From the NCBI GenBank assembly GCA_951406725.2, contig OX597818.1, positions 100,936,001-101,000,000 of the forward strand: a stretch of 64,000 bases of DNA, in the 5' to 3' direction. The position numbers and the translations under genes are program-made. The notes below the pieces were generated by a model. It was not told the DNA's origin, did no database searches, and saw nothing but the letters and a program-made list of their open reading frames with translations. Source of the DNA: Octopus vulgaris (lineage: Eukaryota). This document shows, piece by piece, positions 46,720 to 58,822 of the stretch (positions are counted from its first letter, which is position 1; every line of letters starts with the position of its first letter).

Positions 46720-48190
46720 GGTTGGGACTTATTCCTGGTAAGAACTATGTGGATAGCAAGTTACTACCTGTAACCTTAGGTATCCACAAGATTTCAGCAG
46801 TCCTTCATGTGCTTAGAACCCTCCTGATAATCCTTGCTGTTCCTAAGAGACAAATTTTGTCTAGGAGCTCTATAGGGCATCCTATTCCAATCTCGTACCT
46901 CTATTTGTCAATAACGTTGCTTACTGTCACCAATGCACCAATTAATATAGACACGACGTTTACTTTCCCCATGCTCTAAATACTCGCGATTTTAAATGTT
47001 AAGGGATTGTATATTTTCTCCCTTTCTTCCGCTTTCTATACGATTCTGGAATCAAACGGGCTTGACTGGTCGGTTAGTAAGCAACATCGCTTTTCCTTAT
47101 TTATGATCGTTTTGTCCAGTCAATTATTTTCTAATTTCTAGTCCATTTGAATAGGAAAGCCCTACATATTTTCGACGCCAGTACACATTCTAATCGAGGA
47201 TTGTACCATGTGTTTCCTGCTTCAAATTCCCGTTTTTGATACAGTTTCCAGTGCAGTGTATAACGTTCATAACCTGGTCATTTCTCTATTTCTTTTATTC
47301 TTCCTGTGCCAACTTAGGGCATTCTGCTATATTGTGTACCAATGTAACATTCCGAGTTCCACAAGCTCGACATTTCTCTGACACGTTCTCTCCATATATG
47401 ATATTTCTCAAGTCGTTTGTTTCTGTCGCTTGATCTTAGGCTGCTACAATTAGACTCTCTGCTTCTGTGTTTAATTGACCATTTTTAACCATGCCCTTGA
47501 TTTTGCTCCACTTACTTCTTCGTTGGCTTCTTATTATTGGCCATGAAGAGCTTTTTCTTCGATCATCTTGACATGCTTTCTTTGTATTTCATTATTATCC
47601 TATCTCCTATTACGCGCTTCATCACCTGGTCTTTAATCACTGTCTTTTGAAGTTTTTTCTCTGCTGCTCTGTAAATACTCTACTAGGCATTTTCTTTCTA
47701 TCCGTACACATTCTTTTACTGCACTTAAGTCTCGATCTGTCTTCAAGTACAGTCGCGCTCCGCACATCGTCAACAACTTCCTATATTTTCTGTCAAGATT
47801 CTATATATCGTTTCTGGTCCAGTCTATAATTCCAACGCCATGTCTTATTAAATGTACTGCGCTTAAATTTATGACTCCAATAAATTCAGCTTTGCAATAA
47901 TTTTCTGAGTCACCTTTGAATTCACCTTTGCAATAATTTTCTGACACACCTGGTGTAGTCCCTACTGGTAATATGTTTCATTTCTTCATTGTTAATTTCG
48001 TCTGCTTCCAGTATTCCCAAGTACCTATACCACCGCCCGTTCTAAACCATTCTCATTGTTTGCCCCTTTGGCATTTCAACTCACTGCATTCTTCCAAATC
48101 TTCCGCGTTTCATTTTCAATATAGCGCATTTCTCTATCCCACTTTCCATACCTATATCATTTGAGAAAATGTACATAATATACACGTGAT
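46720..48190 (-). pseudogene. Decayed RLE-type non-LTR retrotransposon (R4/Dong-like), 3' part
   Basis: Minus strand reads GYRYLG (~48020, RT) and KICLLGTARIIRRVL (~46815-46860, the typical C-terminus). Ends next to (ATT)n. Confidence 0.65.
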
Positions 48191-49130
48191 TTTGTTTCTC
48201 TTTTATCTAAGTTTCAATTAGATTGAGCCCAACGCTCTGAACACGACTGGTATCACTTTTACATTACTCTCTCGTATTCCATAGTCTTGCCAATTCCCCT
48301 TTCCAGCCGGAGTACTTGGTGACTTTTTCAACCTCTTTACTCACAAAAATCATGTCATTTGGTATGGCTACATAAATGTTCTGACAGTATTTGTCTCTCG
48401 TATTCAATATGACAATATCCGGCCGACGGTGTTCGATTACACGATCCGTCTGAAAAGCATAGTCCCAGAGTATCATTACTTTTCCCGCCTCCTGCATAAC
48501 TTTACTTGGTACATGTTCATACCAGTTCTCTATTACTTTATACAGGTATTTCGGCATGAGAACCAGTGAAGATACGCATACACTTTATCGTGGCGGCGCT
48601 TGTATTGTCTTTGTGCAAGGCTCTGACATTCAGTTACCAAGTGGCTCGCATTCTTCACACTCTTTCCACAGAGTCTGCATTTCTGTGTGTCAGAAGCTTT
48701 ATAAATGTTATACTTAGCTTAATTGGTAGCAAGAGCCTGGTCTTGTGCAGCAATAATCAGGCGTTCTGTGGTACGCTTCAAATCACCTCGCTCAAGCCAT
48801 TCCTACGATGGTACAGTATCCTTCACGTCTTGTGTATAACTTTCAAACTACCCATGCATTCTCATTTCAAGAAGATTTCTATACAGCTCCTTGGTTAAAC
48901 ACTTCCCTGCCCATCATTTCATCTGCATTTACACCAATATATGAAATACTCGGCAAGCGTTCTCCTCTCATTTCTTATACAATGGTCTATACTAATTAGT
49001 CCCCTGCCACTATTATTTCTTTTCACACAAAGTCTCTTTACGTTTCCTTTAGGGTGTAGCGCCTCATGCAGCGTCATCAACTTCCTCGTCTTTCTATCCA
49101 GTGTTCATATTTCCTCCTTAGTCCATTTGC
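48190..49130 (-). pseudogene. Second decayed R4/Dong-like fragment (restriction-like endonuclease domain)
   Basis: ORF 48264-48557: WYEHVPSKV...ILWDYAFQTDRVIEHRRPDIVI...VAIPND...EKVTKY...ELARLW. Confidence 0.85.
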
Positions 49131-49139
49131 GGATGGACG

Positions 49140-49268
49140 TCCCCCTGGAGCCTCGTGGAGCTTAGGTGTTTTTACTCAATAAACACTCACAATGCCCGAC
49201 CTGGGAATCGCAACCGCGGTCTTATGACTGCGAGTCCGCTGCCCTGACCAATGGGCTATTGCGCCTCC
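49140..49268 (-). mobile_element. tRNA-derived SINE head (family 3)
   Basis: Minus strand GGAGGCGCAATAGCCCATTGGTCAGGGCAGCGGACTCGCAGTCATAAGACCGCGGTTGCGATTCCC: degenerate A and B boxes, not a foldable tRNA. Confidence 0.65.
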
Positions 49269-49958
49269 ACTATGGTGCTGGTGTTGTTACTGTAGCAGTT
49301 CTTCACAACGCCCTATTTATTTTCGTCCCTATCTATGTGCGGACGATAAATTTAAATACTTAAAGAAGAAAATTGTATATTTATCCCCGATCCTGTAATT
49401 ATACCGATATTTTTATCTGTTTCATAGTTTCGAGACTCAAATTTTGATTCTCTTATTGCAATTTTATTAAAAAAATGTTTTATTTATAAGCTTATAGTTA
49501 TCATTTTGTTCGTAACCGTGAACTATCAGCTTTTGATATAAAATTATAATTAAATGCAAACTTCGATACTTAGATTTGTAGGAATTAAACCTATGAACAT
49601 ATACCTTGTTAGAGATATATTAAGTAAGGGTCACTTTTAATTTTAATCGTATTGCTATATAAGGAATATATATGGAAAAGGAAAATATACTGTGAATATT
49701 GAATATATTTTGCATCAATCAAAATCCTGAGATAGCGGCTCTGTTCCTATATCAGATAGCAAATATATTTCATGATATTCTTATTGTTATAAAGTACCAA
49801 GACTGTTTGCATTACACGGCATACTTAAGAGCAGTCGATGTATAGCTTATACGGTATTTCTCTCTGTACTAACGCCAATTCATCAATCTTGCGCATCATG
49901 AGGATTTTCTGTATATACAGACGTCAATACATACATGTAAGCACATGCTCATATATGT

Positions 49959-49959
<1 letters not shown>

Positions 49960-50000
<41 letters not shown>

Positions 50001-50001
50001 T

Positions 50002-50035
<34 letters not shown>

Positions 50036-50680
50036 AATGTATATATATATATGTGTGTGTGTATGTATGTATGAATATGTGTGTGCGTGTTCTTCTACCA
50101 TTGTGTGTGTAGATGTGTGCGTAGAGAGACACTCATATACATGAGTATTTATATAATCATAGCATTTCATCAATCTTGTCATCTAATTTAAACAGTCTTG
50201 TTTCTCCTTTACATTCACCTCATTTTCCCTTCTATTTGCTCATTGCTTAAGTTATGCGCTCAATATAGTTCATATTGCTGCCAATGAATATCGCATCATA
50301 TATGTGTTTTCTTCTTTTTTTTCTATTCATGTCGTTTTATATAGTTCTTGAGAATATTAAACTTATTTCAGTTATTGGACGATAGCCATTCCAAGCTCCA
50401 TATTGGAAGTTATTTAAAGACGTTCAAAGAAGTCATACTAAATATACATACATATCCACTTCATATAAATTCAAGCGAACTATTACAAGCTAAGATATGA
50501 GAGAAAATATTCTATCAAAGTAGTACTGAAAGGACACAAAGCAGAAATTTTCAAAGAGCTTAAGAGCATTTTAATTATATATCATGCTAATCTAAATATC
50601 TGTAGACACTAGCCATGTATATGCACATATACATAACTTTCCTACATACATACAGGCATCCACAAATATGTACATATTTC

Positions 50681-50752
<72 letters not shown>

Positions 50753-50908
50753 CAGAGAGACAGAGAGACAGAGACAGAGAGACAGATAGATATACAGAGA
50801 GACATACACTTTAGATTCGGATAAATATAGTACTTAAGTTGAGGCACCAGAATTTAGTAGTGTATTATCCATACAATTTCAAATTAAGGTGATTAAAATC
50901 AAGATAAG

Positions 50909-51000
<92 letters not shown>

Positions 51001-51005
51001 TATAT
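49960..51005. repeat. Cluster of (TA)n, (TC)n, (GA)n and (CA)n microsatellites
   Basis: Runs at ~49966-50070, ~50684-50800 and ~50910-51004. Confidence 0.9.
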
Positions 51006-52107
51006 CAGAGGAGACTCAAGCTCATCAGCGTCACTCGGGCTCATCACAGATTTTGCCTAAATTAATGGCTACTCGAAGACTTTCACGGTTTTTCCCGCTT
51101 TCTTCCTAGCCCAATGTGTCTTATTTTTTATATCTAGCCCTACGTCTTTCGCCAGTTCTAAGTTAAAGGGTAATAATAAAGCAACCCAGCAAAACCCAAC
51201 TGATCTTTGCACACAGACGCAGAGAGTAACAGCAATAAAACACCGACAGCATTGTGCACAACAAACATCAGCGATCTGCTTCTCACCTGTACACTTGAGT
51301 AGAGATGCCAGGTCATCGTTTGCACCTTCCATGGTCACACGTATTAGCCAAAGTTCCTGGATAATTTTTCGTTCCTTACGAAGACTATTGAAGAACGGAA
51401 AATGTCCATTAATTGGAATTGAAATCCTAATCTCTGTAGAAATGTATTGTTTGAAGAAAACATTGAAATTGAATTACTTTTAATTCATACAATTATAGAA
51501 AATAACTCCGACTGTAACTACTGAGTCTGAGTGAGGCGCGTGTAAACTATGTCGAGAGAACCTCTGCTACGAATGATGTTTTTAGACACAGCTCTAAACA
51601 CAACCAGTCGCCGAACGAAAATAAATGAACTGCGACCAGGCTCAATAAAAGGAACTCGAGTTACTGGCTGCGATTATATACTTGAAGTCAATATTGATAG
51701 AAATTAAATCAGCTTGCAAATACACGTTCACGTTACTAAATTTATACTTGGGCTAGGCTTGAGCTGCCCGAGTGCCGTGGGTTTACACTATGTATATATA
51801 TATATATATATATATAAATATAATTTCAACAATTGAGGGTAAAATTAATTAATTAATCAATTTTACCAAGTATTCAGTATACAAAGGGACCATTTAAGGC
51901 GAATTCAAATTATTACATTATATAAAAGGGCTTAGTAAAATAAATTACTTTGCCGCATACTGAACTCATTAGAAATAGCAGCTAAAAAAACTTTTTCAAA
52001 AACTATTTCCAATACTTAAAGAAAACCTCTCTCATATAGTGTTTGCTCAATTCAACTCACAAAAGTATGGGGGTAGAGACATTAAAAAATCAAATGCAAA
52101 GGTTATT

Positions 52108-52160
52108 TGAGAACGTACGTTTCAAGATTAGTCAAAATCGACACTTCTATCATCAGCTCA
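52108..52160 (-). ncRNA. Minimal hammerhead ribozyme (also at 52667-52719, 53226-53278, 53785-53837)
   Basis: TGAG-CTGATGA-T-AGA..GTC/GAC..TCT-T-GAAA-CGTACG-TT|CTCA, with palindromic stem III ACGTACGT. Confidence 0.85.
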
Positions 52161-54020
52161 GAACTCCCTGGTTTGGATTTGAAAACACAGAAAGTAGGAG
52201 CATACCCTTTCGGCTTGTTATCACTTTTGAAGATCTGCTCAAAACTAACAGTGCCAGCAAATTCAAATATGCAAGCGAAGAATTTCTGCTCTCCCCTTTC
52301 CACCAGCGTGGGTTAAAATCAGCAAACACTATGCTTTTTTCGGTAAAATCCGAGGCATTATATAGAGAGAGATGAATTATAATTTCAACAATTGAGGGTA
52401 AAATTAATTAATTAATCAATTTTACCAAGTATTCAGTATACAAAGGGACCATTTAAGGCGAATTCAAATTATTACATTATATAAAAGGGCTTAGTAAAAT
52501 AAATTACTTTGCCGCATACTGAACTCATTAGAAATAGCAGCTAAAAAAACTTTTTCAAAAACTATTTCCAATACTTAAAGAAAACCTCTCACATATAGTG
52601 TTTGCTCAATTCAACTCACAAAAGTATGGGGGTAGAGACATTAAAAAATCAAATGCAAAGGTTATTTGAGAACGTACGTTTCAAGATTAGTCAAAATCGA
52701 CACTTCTATCATCAGCTCAGAACTCCCTGGTTTGGATTTGAAAACACTGAAAGTAGGAGCATACCCGTTCGGCTTGTTATCACTTTTGAAGATCTGCTCA
52801 AAACTAACAGTGCCAGCAAATTCAAATATGCAAGCGAAGAATTTCTGCTCTCCCCTTTCCACCAGCGTGGGTTAAAATCAGCAAACACTATGCTTTTTTC
52901 GGTAAAATCCGAGGCATTATATAGAGAGAGATGAATTATAATTTCAACAATTGAGGGTAAAATTAATTAATTAATCAATTTTACCAAGTATTCAGTATAC
53001 AAAGGGACCATTTAAGGCGAATTCAAATTATTACATTATATAAAAGGGCTTAGTAAAATAAATTACTTTGCCGCATACTGAACTCATTAGAAATAGCAGC
53101 TAAAAAAACTTTTTCAAAAACTATTTCCAATACTTAAAGAAAACCTCTCTCATATAGTGTTTGCTCAATTCAACTCACAAAAGTATGGGGGTAGAGACAT
53201 TAAAAAATCAAATGCAAAGGTTATTTGAGAACGTACGTTTCAAGATTAGTCAAAATCGACACTTCTATCATCAGCTCAGAACTCCCTGGTTTGGATTTGA
53301 AAACACTGAAAGTAGGAGCATACCCTTTCGGCTTGTTATCACTTTTGAAGATCTGCTCAAAACTAACAGTGCCAGCAAATTCAAATATGCAAGCGAAGAA
53401 TTTCTGCTCTCCCCTTTCCACCAGCGTGGGTTAAAATCAGCAAACACTATGCTTTTTTCGGAAAAATCCGAGGCATTATATAGAGAGAGATGAATTATAA
53501 TTTCAACAATTGAGGGTAAAATTAATTAATTAATCAATTTTACCAAGTATTCAGTATACAAAGGGACCATTTAAGGCGAATTCAAATTATTACATTATAT
53601 AAAAGGGCTTAGTAAAATAAATTACTTTGCCGCATACTGAACTCATTAGAAATAGCAGCTAAAAAAACTTTTTCAAAAACTATTTCCAATACTTAAAGAA
53701 AACCTCTCTCATATAGTGTTTGCTCAATTCAACTCACAAACGTATGGGGGTAGAGACATTAAAAAATCAAATGCAAAGGTTATTTGAGAACGTACGTTTC
53801 AAGATTAGTCAAAATCGACACTTCTATCATCAGCTCAGAACTCCCTGGTTTGGATTTGAAAATACTGAAAGTAGGAGCATACCCTTTCGGCTTGTTATCA
53901 CTTTTGAAGATCTGCTCCAAACTAACAGTGCCAGCAAATTCAAATATGCAAGCGAAGAATTTCTGCTCTCAAAGGGTATGCTCCTACTTTCAGTGTTTTC
54001 AAATCCAAACCAGGGAGTTC

Positions 54021-54073
54021 TGAGCTGATGATAGAAGTGTCGATTTTGACTAATCTTGAAACGTACGTTCTCA
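54021..54073 (+). ncRNA. Minimal hammerhead ribozyme in the inverted partial unit
   Basis: TGAGCTGATGATAGAAGTGTCGATTTTGACTAATCTTGAAACGTACGTTCTCA. Confidence 0.85.
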
Positions 54074-54276
54074 AATAACCTTTGCATTTGATTTTTTAAT
54101 GTCTCTACCCCCATACTTTTGTGAGTTGAATTGAGCAAACACTATATGAGAGAGGTTTTCTTTAAGTATTGGAAATAGTTTTTGAAAAAGTTTTTTTTAG
54201 CTGCTATTTCTAATGAGTTCAGTATGCGGCAAAGTAATTTATTTTACTAAGCCCTTTTATATAATGTAATAATTTG

Positions 54277-54314
<38 letters not shown>

Positions 54315-54352
54315 TGATCAAAATAAAATAAAAACATGATGCGAAGGATTCA

Positions 54353-54430
54353 GCGGTACATATGTTTCGGGCCTTTATTAGACAGATTTATAACAATGCA
54401 TAATGTATGTCTGTGGCCTTCTTCAGCCGC
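54353..54430 (-). ncRNA. Minimal hammerhead ribozyme of the Penelope-like element
   Basis: GCGG-CTGAAGA-A-GGCC...GGCC-C-GAAA-CATATG-TA|CCGC, with palindromic stem III ACATATGT. Confidence 0.85.
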
Positions 54431-56349
54431 GCACAACAGCTTCCACAAGGACATGTGTTACATCAAAAATTCTTGGTTGGGGATGCAAATCCTCTCATTC
54501 ACGTACGACATAATGCGGCAGCAGCATAGAATTGAAGCGTCCATCTCTTTCTTCTCTCAATGTAGAATGAGGAAAATTGGATGTTGAGGTAATGTAAATA
54601 AATAAATACATATATAGAGGTGAAGATGGAGGGGCGAGAGTTCGGGACGAGGAATAAAAAATGTATAAAAAGTGTATAAAAAGTGTAAGTATAGAATAAT
54701 ATAAAAATGTAGAGGATAAAGATATAAAGAGTTGTAAGGAGATGTAAAGGGGGTATAAAGAAATATAAAGAAATATAAATAAATGTAAAGGCATAAGGTT
54801 ATAAAGTAAAAATAGAAATAGAAATAAAAGTAAAATAACCTGATAAAAACATGATAAAAGTGTAAAAGAATGTAAAGATAAGGGATCTATAGAGGTTACG
54901 GACCAAGCATGGTGGTCGGGAGATTGATAAAATTTAGTTGTAGAATTGTCAGTAAATCAACAGTTTCGTCTGGGGACCTAATGCGTTGTAAATCAGAGCT
55001 GATGAGCATTTAATCTGGTTCCTTGAATTAAATGGACTTTTAGTACATACATATCATCATGGATACATACACTCACATACACGCGTACACATACGCCTCC
55101 AAGCCTATAAGCATACACACGCATTCGCGTGTAAACGCGTACATAAACACACACGCACCCACACGCACGCGCGTACACACGCATACATACAACAGAATAT
55201 CCGCATGTATACACGGACATTATACGCGTACACACTCACATGTATATACGCGCGTCCATCACTACATACACACACGTATATGCCCACGCCTCTAGGTCTA
55301 GGTATAAGATATTAAAGGATGTGTATAAGAACGTATGTAAAGAATCCCGTACTCATGTCTATACGTGCACGCACACACGTTTGTGTGTCCGTATGTGCGT
55401 GCACATATACACTCATATACACACACAGAGACACACGCGCACATGGGTATAGCTATAAGATATCGAAGTATGCATGTACATATATGCGCGTGCATATGTA
55501 TGTATGCGCATACACACGTACGCGGACGCTCGTATAGTCAAAAAGTGGATCCATAGGTAAGTAAATAAACATATATAGAGGTGTAAAGCGATAAGTTATG
55601 GGTAAGAATGAGGGTAAGGGTAAAGATTAGAAATAAAAAATACAGTATAAAATAAGAAATACAATGTAATAGTTAGAAATGAAATATAAGAATTATAAAA
55701 ATTATAAGAGTTAAGGTAAGGGATGAAAATAAAAATGTGAATAAATGGAAGTAGAATAAAAGTAAAAATAAAATTAAAAATAAAAATAAATGGAAGTAGG
55801 ATAAAAGTAAAAATAAAAGTAAAAATAAAAATAAAAATAAAATAAAATAAGATAAAAATATAATTTGGTAAAGTTTAACATGAGATGAAGGTGGTTGAAA
55901 GTTAGAGGTGTGTGTTAAACGTAGGGGCGGGCGGGGGGAACTGAAAATTGGAAGGGTGGGAAGTGGAGTTTGGCGGTGTGCGTTCAACATCCGAGTTAGA
56001 AATGTGAAAGGGTATAGATATAGGGAATTAAAGAGACTACATAGGGAGGATATGGGTGTAGGAGAAGAAATATTTAGGGAAAAGAAGTCATATATGGGAG
56101 ACAAAATTTGTATATATAGGAGGAGAATGCAGGGAACCGTATATGCACATACACACATCCACACACACACACACACACGCACATGTACATATATATATAT
56201 ATATGTACACATACGTACACGTATGTGCACATACATACGCACACACACACACATACACATATACACGCACATATAGGAAAGCGGGATGTGCTGGAGCCGA
56301 CAGGTTGCACCGGGTGGGAGGAAATTGCATGGGGGAGTTGGTATAAGAC

Positions 56350-56781
56350 CTAAGCATTGTAGTATTTGAAATTATTAATAAGTTTATGTATACAGGATGG
56401 TTTGAACTCTGACCTTTTGTTAATAAGATTGTGTTTGTCTTTGAATTTCAAGATGTTCAGGAGTTCTACACAACATAGTTGGCATCCTGCTCTATTATTT
56501 AAATAAGGTGCAGCTGATCCGATGATGGACCATCTGAGTTTGAAGCCTATGCATTTGTCTTTTAATTCCCAAATTCTTTTAGAGAGGGAGGTGCTGTTAG
56601 CCTTATGTCTGTGTCTCAGCGAGGACCGGTGGTTGTAGTATCTGGATTTCCAGGAGGTTGAGCAACCAATATAGGTGAGTGTGTTAAACTGAGTACTCAC
56701 CTCACATGAGTATATTACGTTTTTCGCCCTACATGCGCCCTGCAGCGGGCACTCTGATGCACATCTGCAGTTGCATTGCAT
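56350..56781 (-). CDS. GIY-YIG endonuclease of the Penelope-like element
   Basis: CNCRCASECPLQGAC, NVIYSC...TYIGC, RYYNH, CQLCCVE, INKRSE..PSCIH. Out of frame with the RT by one frameshift; its frame is open back to ~56934. Confidence 0.85.
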   Translation of the reverse strand: MQCNCRCASECPLQGACRAKNVIYSCEVSTQFNTLTYIGCSTSWKSRYYNHRSSLRHRHKANSTSLSKRIWELKDKCIGFKLRWSIIGSAAPYLNNRAGCQLCCVELLNILKFKDKHNLINKRSEFKPSCIHKLINNFKYYNA

Positions 56782-56803
56782 TGCATTATTCGGTCGTGTG
56801 CTG

Positions 56804-58822
56804 CTAATCCCAGGCGGAGGTGTTGCAATCCTCCTGGTTGTTGATGGGTGTAGTATTTCCTCTGTTGTGTTGGCGGGTGTTATTACTAACTGTTTGGGTA
56901 GTATGGCTGCCAGTCTGGTTATATTGTCTACTGTCTAGATGAGGGGGGTTCTGTTGGTCGCTATGGTTTGCTCTTGATCTAGCTGTTCTAATATTAATAT
57001 AGTTATGTTTAGCTATGAGGCAGCTCATGTTGGGCAGGGTAGAGTAGGAAATCCTAATAGTTTTGTTGGAGAAGATACTTCTATACTTGTGGGTGGGTGG
57101 GAAGTTGTTGGAAATTATAGAGAATATTCTCTTACATAACTTACCCCTAACTGCTAAGTTGAAAGGTATGTTGAACCATATATATTTACGCAATCTACTA
57201 TTATCCCTTCTATTTCTCCTAATAGGATCTATATTGCTCTCGTCGGGAGGGTTACCATTGTGTGTTATTCTATTAGTTCGCCTATTTCCTATACGTTGTT
57301 TGGAGTTTAAATTAGAATTATCGCTAGTGTGAGTTGAGTGCTGAGTTCGATTATAATTGGGAGTCTTATGGCCGACGGACGCTCCTGGGTGGTCTGCATA
57401 TGATATTCTCTGGTTATACCTGGCACTATAGAGAGCCTGGTTGTAGTGTTGTGCATGATTATTGAAAATTTCTCTATTAGAGGATAGTTTTGTCAGTCTG
57501 TCTGAGATGGCTTGGACCGTGGTGCTAATTATACAGGGTGGATGGTTGGAAGAGGTATGGATGTATTTGGTAGTTTCTTCTGGTTTCCTATACGGGTGGT
57601 GAAGGTGCTTATTCAAATCTAACCTAACATCTAAGAAGTTTACTATTTTAGTATTGGTCATAAATTCTAGTTTAAGATTGAAGGATTTGAAAAAAAGCCT
57701 GATCTTTTTTCTAATTCTTTCTAGTTTACTCCTATTGTTGGTGGGGTATATGAAGAGAGCGTCGTCTCTGTATAGACCCCCCTGAAGATCCGGTACCTCG
57801 GAGAAAAGCTTCTTGAGCAAGTAGGCCCCGACCAAGTCAGTCACCTGAGCTGAATCGCTCGAGCCCATAGCCACATCGAAATTGTCGGGGGTATCGGATC
57901 TGGTCCAGAGTCTACCGTCGAATTCTATTATGGTTTTTCTAGCTAATAGAATTATGTCAATTTTTTCTCTCTCTATGAGTGAAAGGTTGCGGGCAAAAAT
58001 AAGGGATTTGTTAAGTAAGATGGGGGATATACTGGCGTAGTAGCTAGCTATGTCGAATTGGATGAATGAGTAGTCGGGCCTATTGGTGATAGTGTTAAAC
58101 CATTCTAGCACATCGTCGGTGTTAATCCATAGTTGGAGTGGGATGTGGGGTTTGATGTGTGGGATCACCTTGTCCAGGATAGTCTTGCTAAGTCTGCCGA
58201 TATCCGATTTAGTCGGACAGATTAATCGTACTCCTACACTATCTGGGAAGTCTTTCTTATGGTCTTTAATAGTAATTGTGGGTACTAGTGGTTTAATAGG
58301 TTCTGTTCTGTCCAGGAGGTCTAATTTGCTCATAACTTCCTTGATTTTGTAGTTAATTTCCTTAAGGTTATCCGTAGAAGTAGTTTTATACTTTTTGCTA
58401 AGTTCCCTCATGATGAGCGATTTGTAGGTTTGGTAGTCTAGCCTATACCAGTTCCCAGTCTTGTCGGCGGGTATGATAAGACTATCATCGTTCCTAAGTG
58501 AATGCAGGAAATCTTTAAGGCTCCTTAAGTGGGTGTTGGAAATGGTCTTATGTTTACTAATGTTGATGTTGGTAATGAGGTCGATTAAGTCTTTTTCAAA
58601 ATTTTCCAGTGCGTAGTTAGAGGGTGGGTTTCTTCTGCTTTTAAATATCTTCCTGTGTGCTATTTCTTCTTGGTTAGAGTTGGGGTTGCTTTTCTCCGGG
58701 TTATCGAAATGGTAGGCCGCCCACTTGATTCTTCTAATAAAGTCTGTGGTCCGGTGGATGAGAGTTGTCGTGTAAGTTTTGTCGGAGTGGAGAGGTATGT
58801 CCTTGGGGGAGAAGTTTGTGTG
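56804..58822 (-). CDS. Penelope-like reverse transcriptase (start lost at the (TA)n junction)
   Basis: PADKTGN motif, FIQFDIASYYASI, FDVAMGSSDSAQV, GLYRDDAL, VNFLDVRL, HPYRKP, YIHTSSNHPP. Confidence 0.9.
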   Translation of the reverse strand, partial: HTNFSPKDIPLHSDKTYTTTLIHRTTDFIRRIKWAAYHFDNPEKSNPNSNQEEIAHRKIFKSRRNPPSNYALENFEKDLIDLITNINISKHKTISNTHLRSLKDFLHSLRNDDSLIIPADKTGNWYRLDYQTYKSLIMRELSKKYKTTSTDNLKEINYKIKEVMSKLDLLDRTEPIKPLVPTITIKDHKKDFPDSVGVRLICPTKSDIGRLSKTILDKVIPHIKPHIPLQLWINTDDVLEWFNTITNRPDYSFIQFDIASYYASISPILLNKSLIFARNLSLIEREKIDIILLARKTIIEFDGRLWTRSDTPDNFDVAMGSSDSAQVTDLVGAYLLKKLFSEVPDLQGGLYRDDALFIYPTNNRSKLERIRKKIRLFFKSFNLKLEFMTNTKIVNFLDVRLDLNKHLHHPYRKPEETTKYIHTSSNHPPCIISTTVQAISDRLTKLSSNREIFNNHAQHYNQALYSARYNQRISYADHPGASVGHKTPNYNRTQHSTHTSDNSNLNSKQRIGNRRTNRITHNGNPPDESNIDPIRRNRRDNSRLRKYIWFNIPFNLAVRGKLCKRIFSIISNNFPPTHKYRSIFSNKTIRISYSTLPNMSCLIAKHNYINIRTARSRANHSDQQNPPHLDSRQYNQTGSHTTQTVSNNTRQHNRGNTTPINNQEDCNTSAWD

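Larger units (their letters stand above)
51821..54277 (-). mobile_element. Non-coding hammerhead element: 3.85 tandem 559-bp units plus an inverted 307-bp partial unit, inserted in (TA)n
   Basis: Units start at 51821, 52380, 52939 and 53498 (truncated at 53970). 53971-54277 is the reverse complement of part of the unit. Partial-tandem plus inverted structure in a microsatellite is typical of Penelope-like integration. Confidence 0.9.
54315..58822 (-). mobile_element. Penelope-like element with C-terminal GIY-YIG (probably Hydra clade), flanked by (TA)n
   Basis: RT plus GIY-YIG ORF, a ~2-kb low-complexity 3' region, a hammerhead near the 3' end, and both ends in (TA)n. Confidence 0.92.

Noticed and set aside
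49140-49268. Functional tRNA gene
   Set aside because: The boxes are degenerate, there is no clean cloverleaf, and the sequence continues into a SINE-like body.
51821-53970. CRISPR-like array interpretation of the tandem repeats
   Set aside because: Units are long and near-identical with no unique spacers, there are no cas genes, and the DNA is eukaryotic.
52043-54138. 110-aa ORF repeated in the 559-bp units
   Set aside because: TTG start, antisense to the hammerhead, no motif, and not conserved in the related 44.5-kb and 63-kb elements.
54995-55040. CTGATGA at ~54999 (+) and at ~51021-51028 (-) as further hammerheads
   Set aside because: No correctly placed GAAA or closing stems.
54993-56357. 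ORFs rich in H/T/Y/V/C (also near 4.6-5.0, 11.4-11.9, 49.8-51.0 and 62.1-63.8 kb)
   Set aside because: They are translations of microsatellites and low-complexity sequence.
56782-56806. Selenocysteine or read-through joining RT and GIY-YIG
   Set aside because: The stop is TAG and the downstream domain is in a different frame, so this is a frameshift and not UGA recoding.
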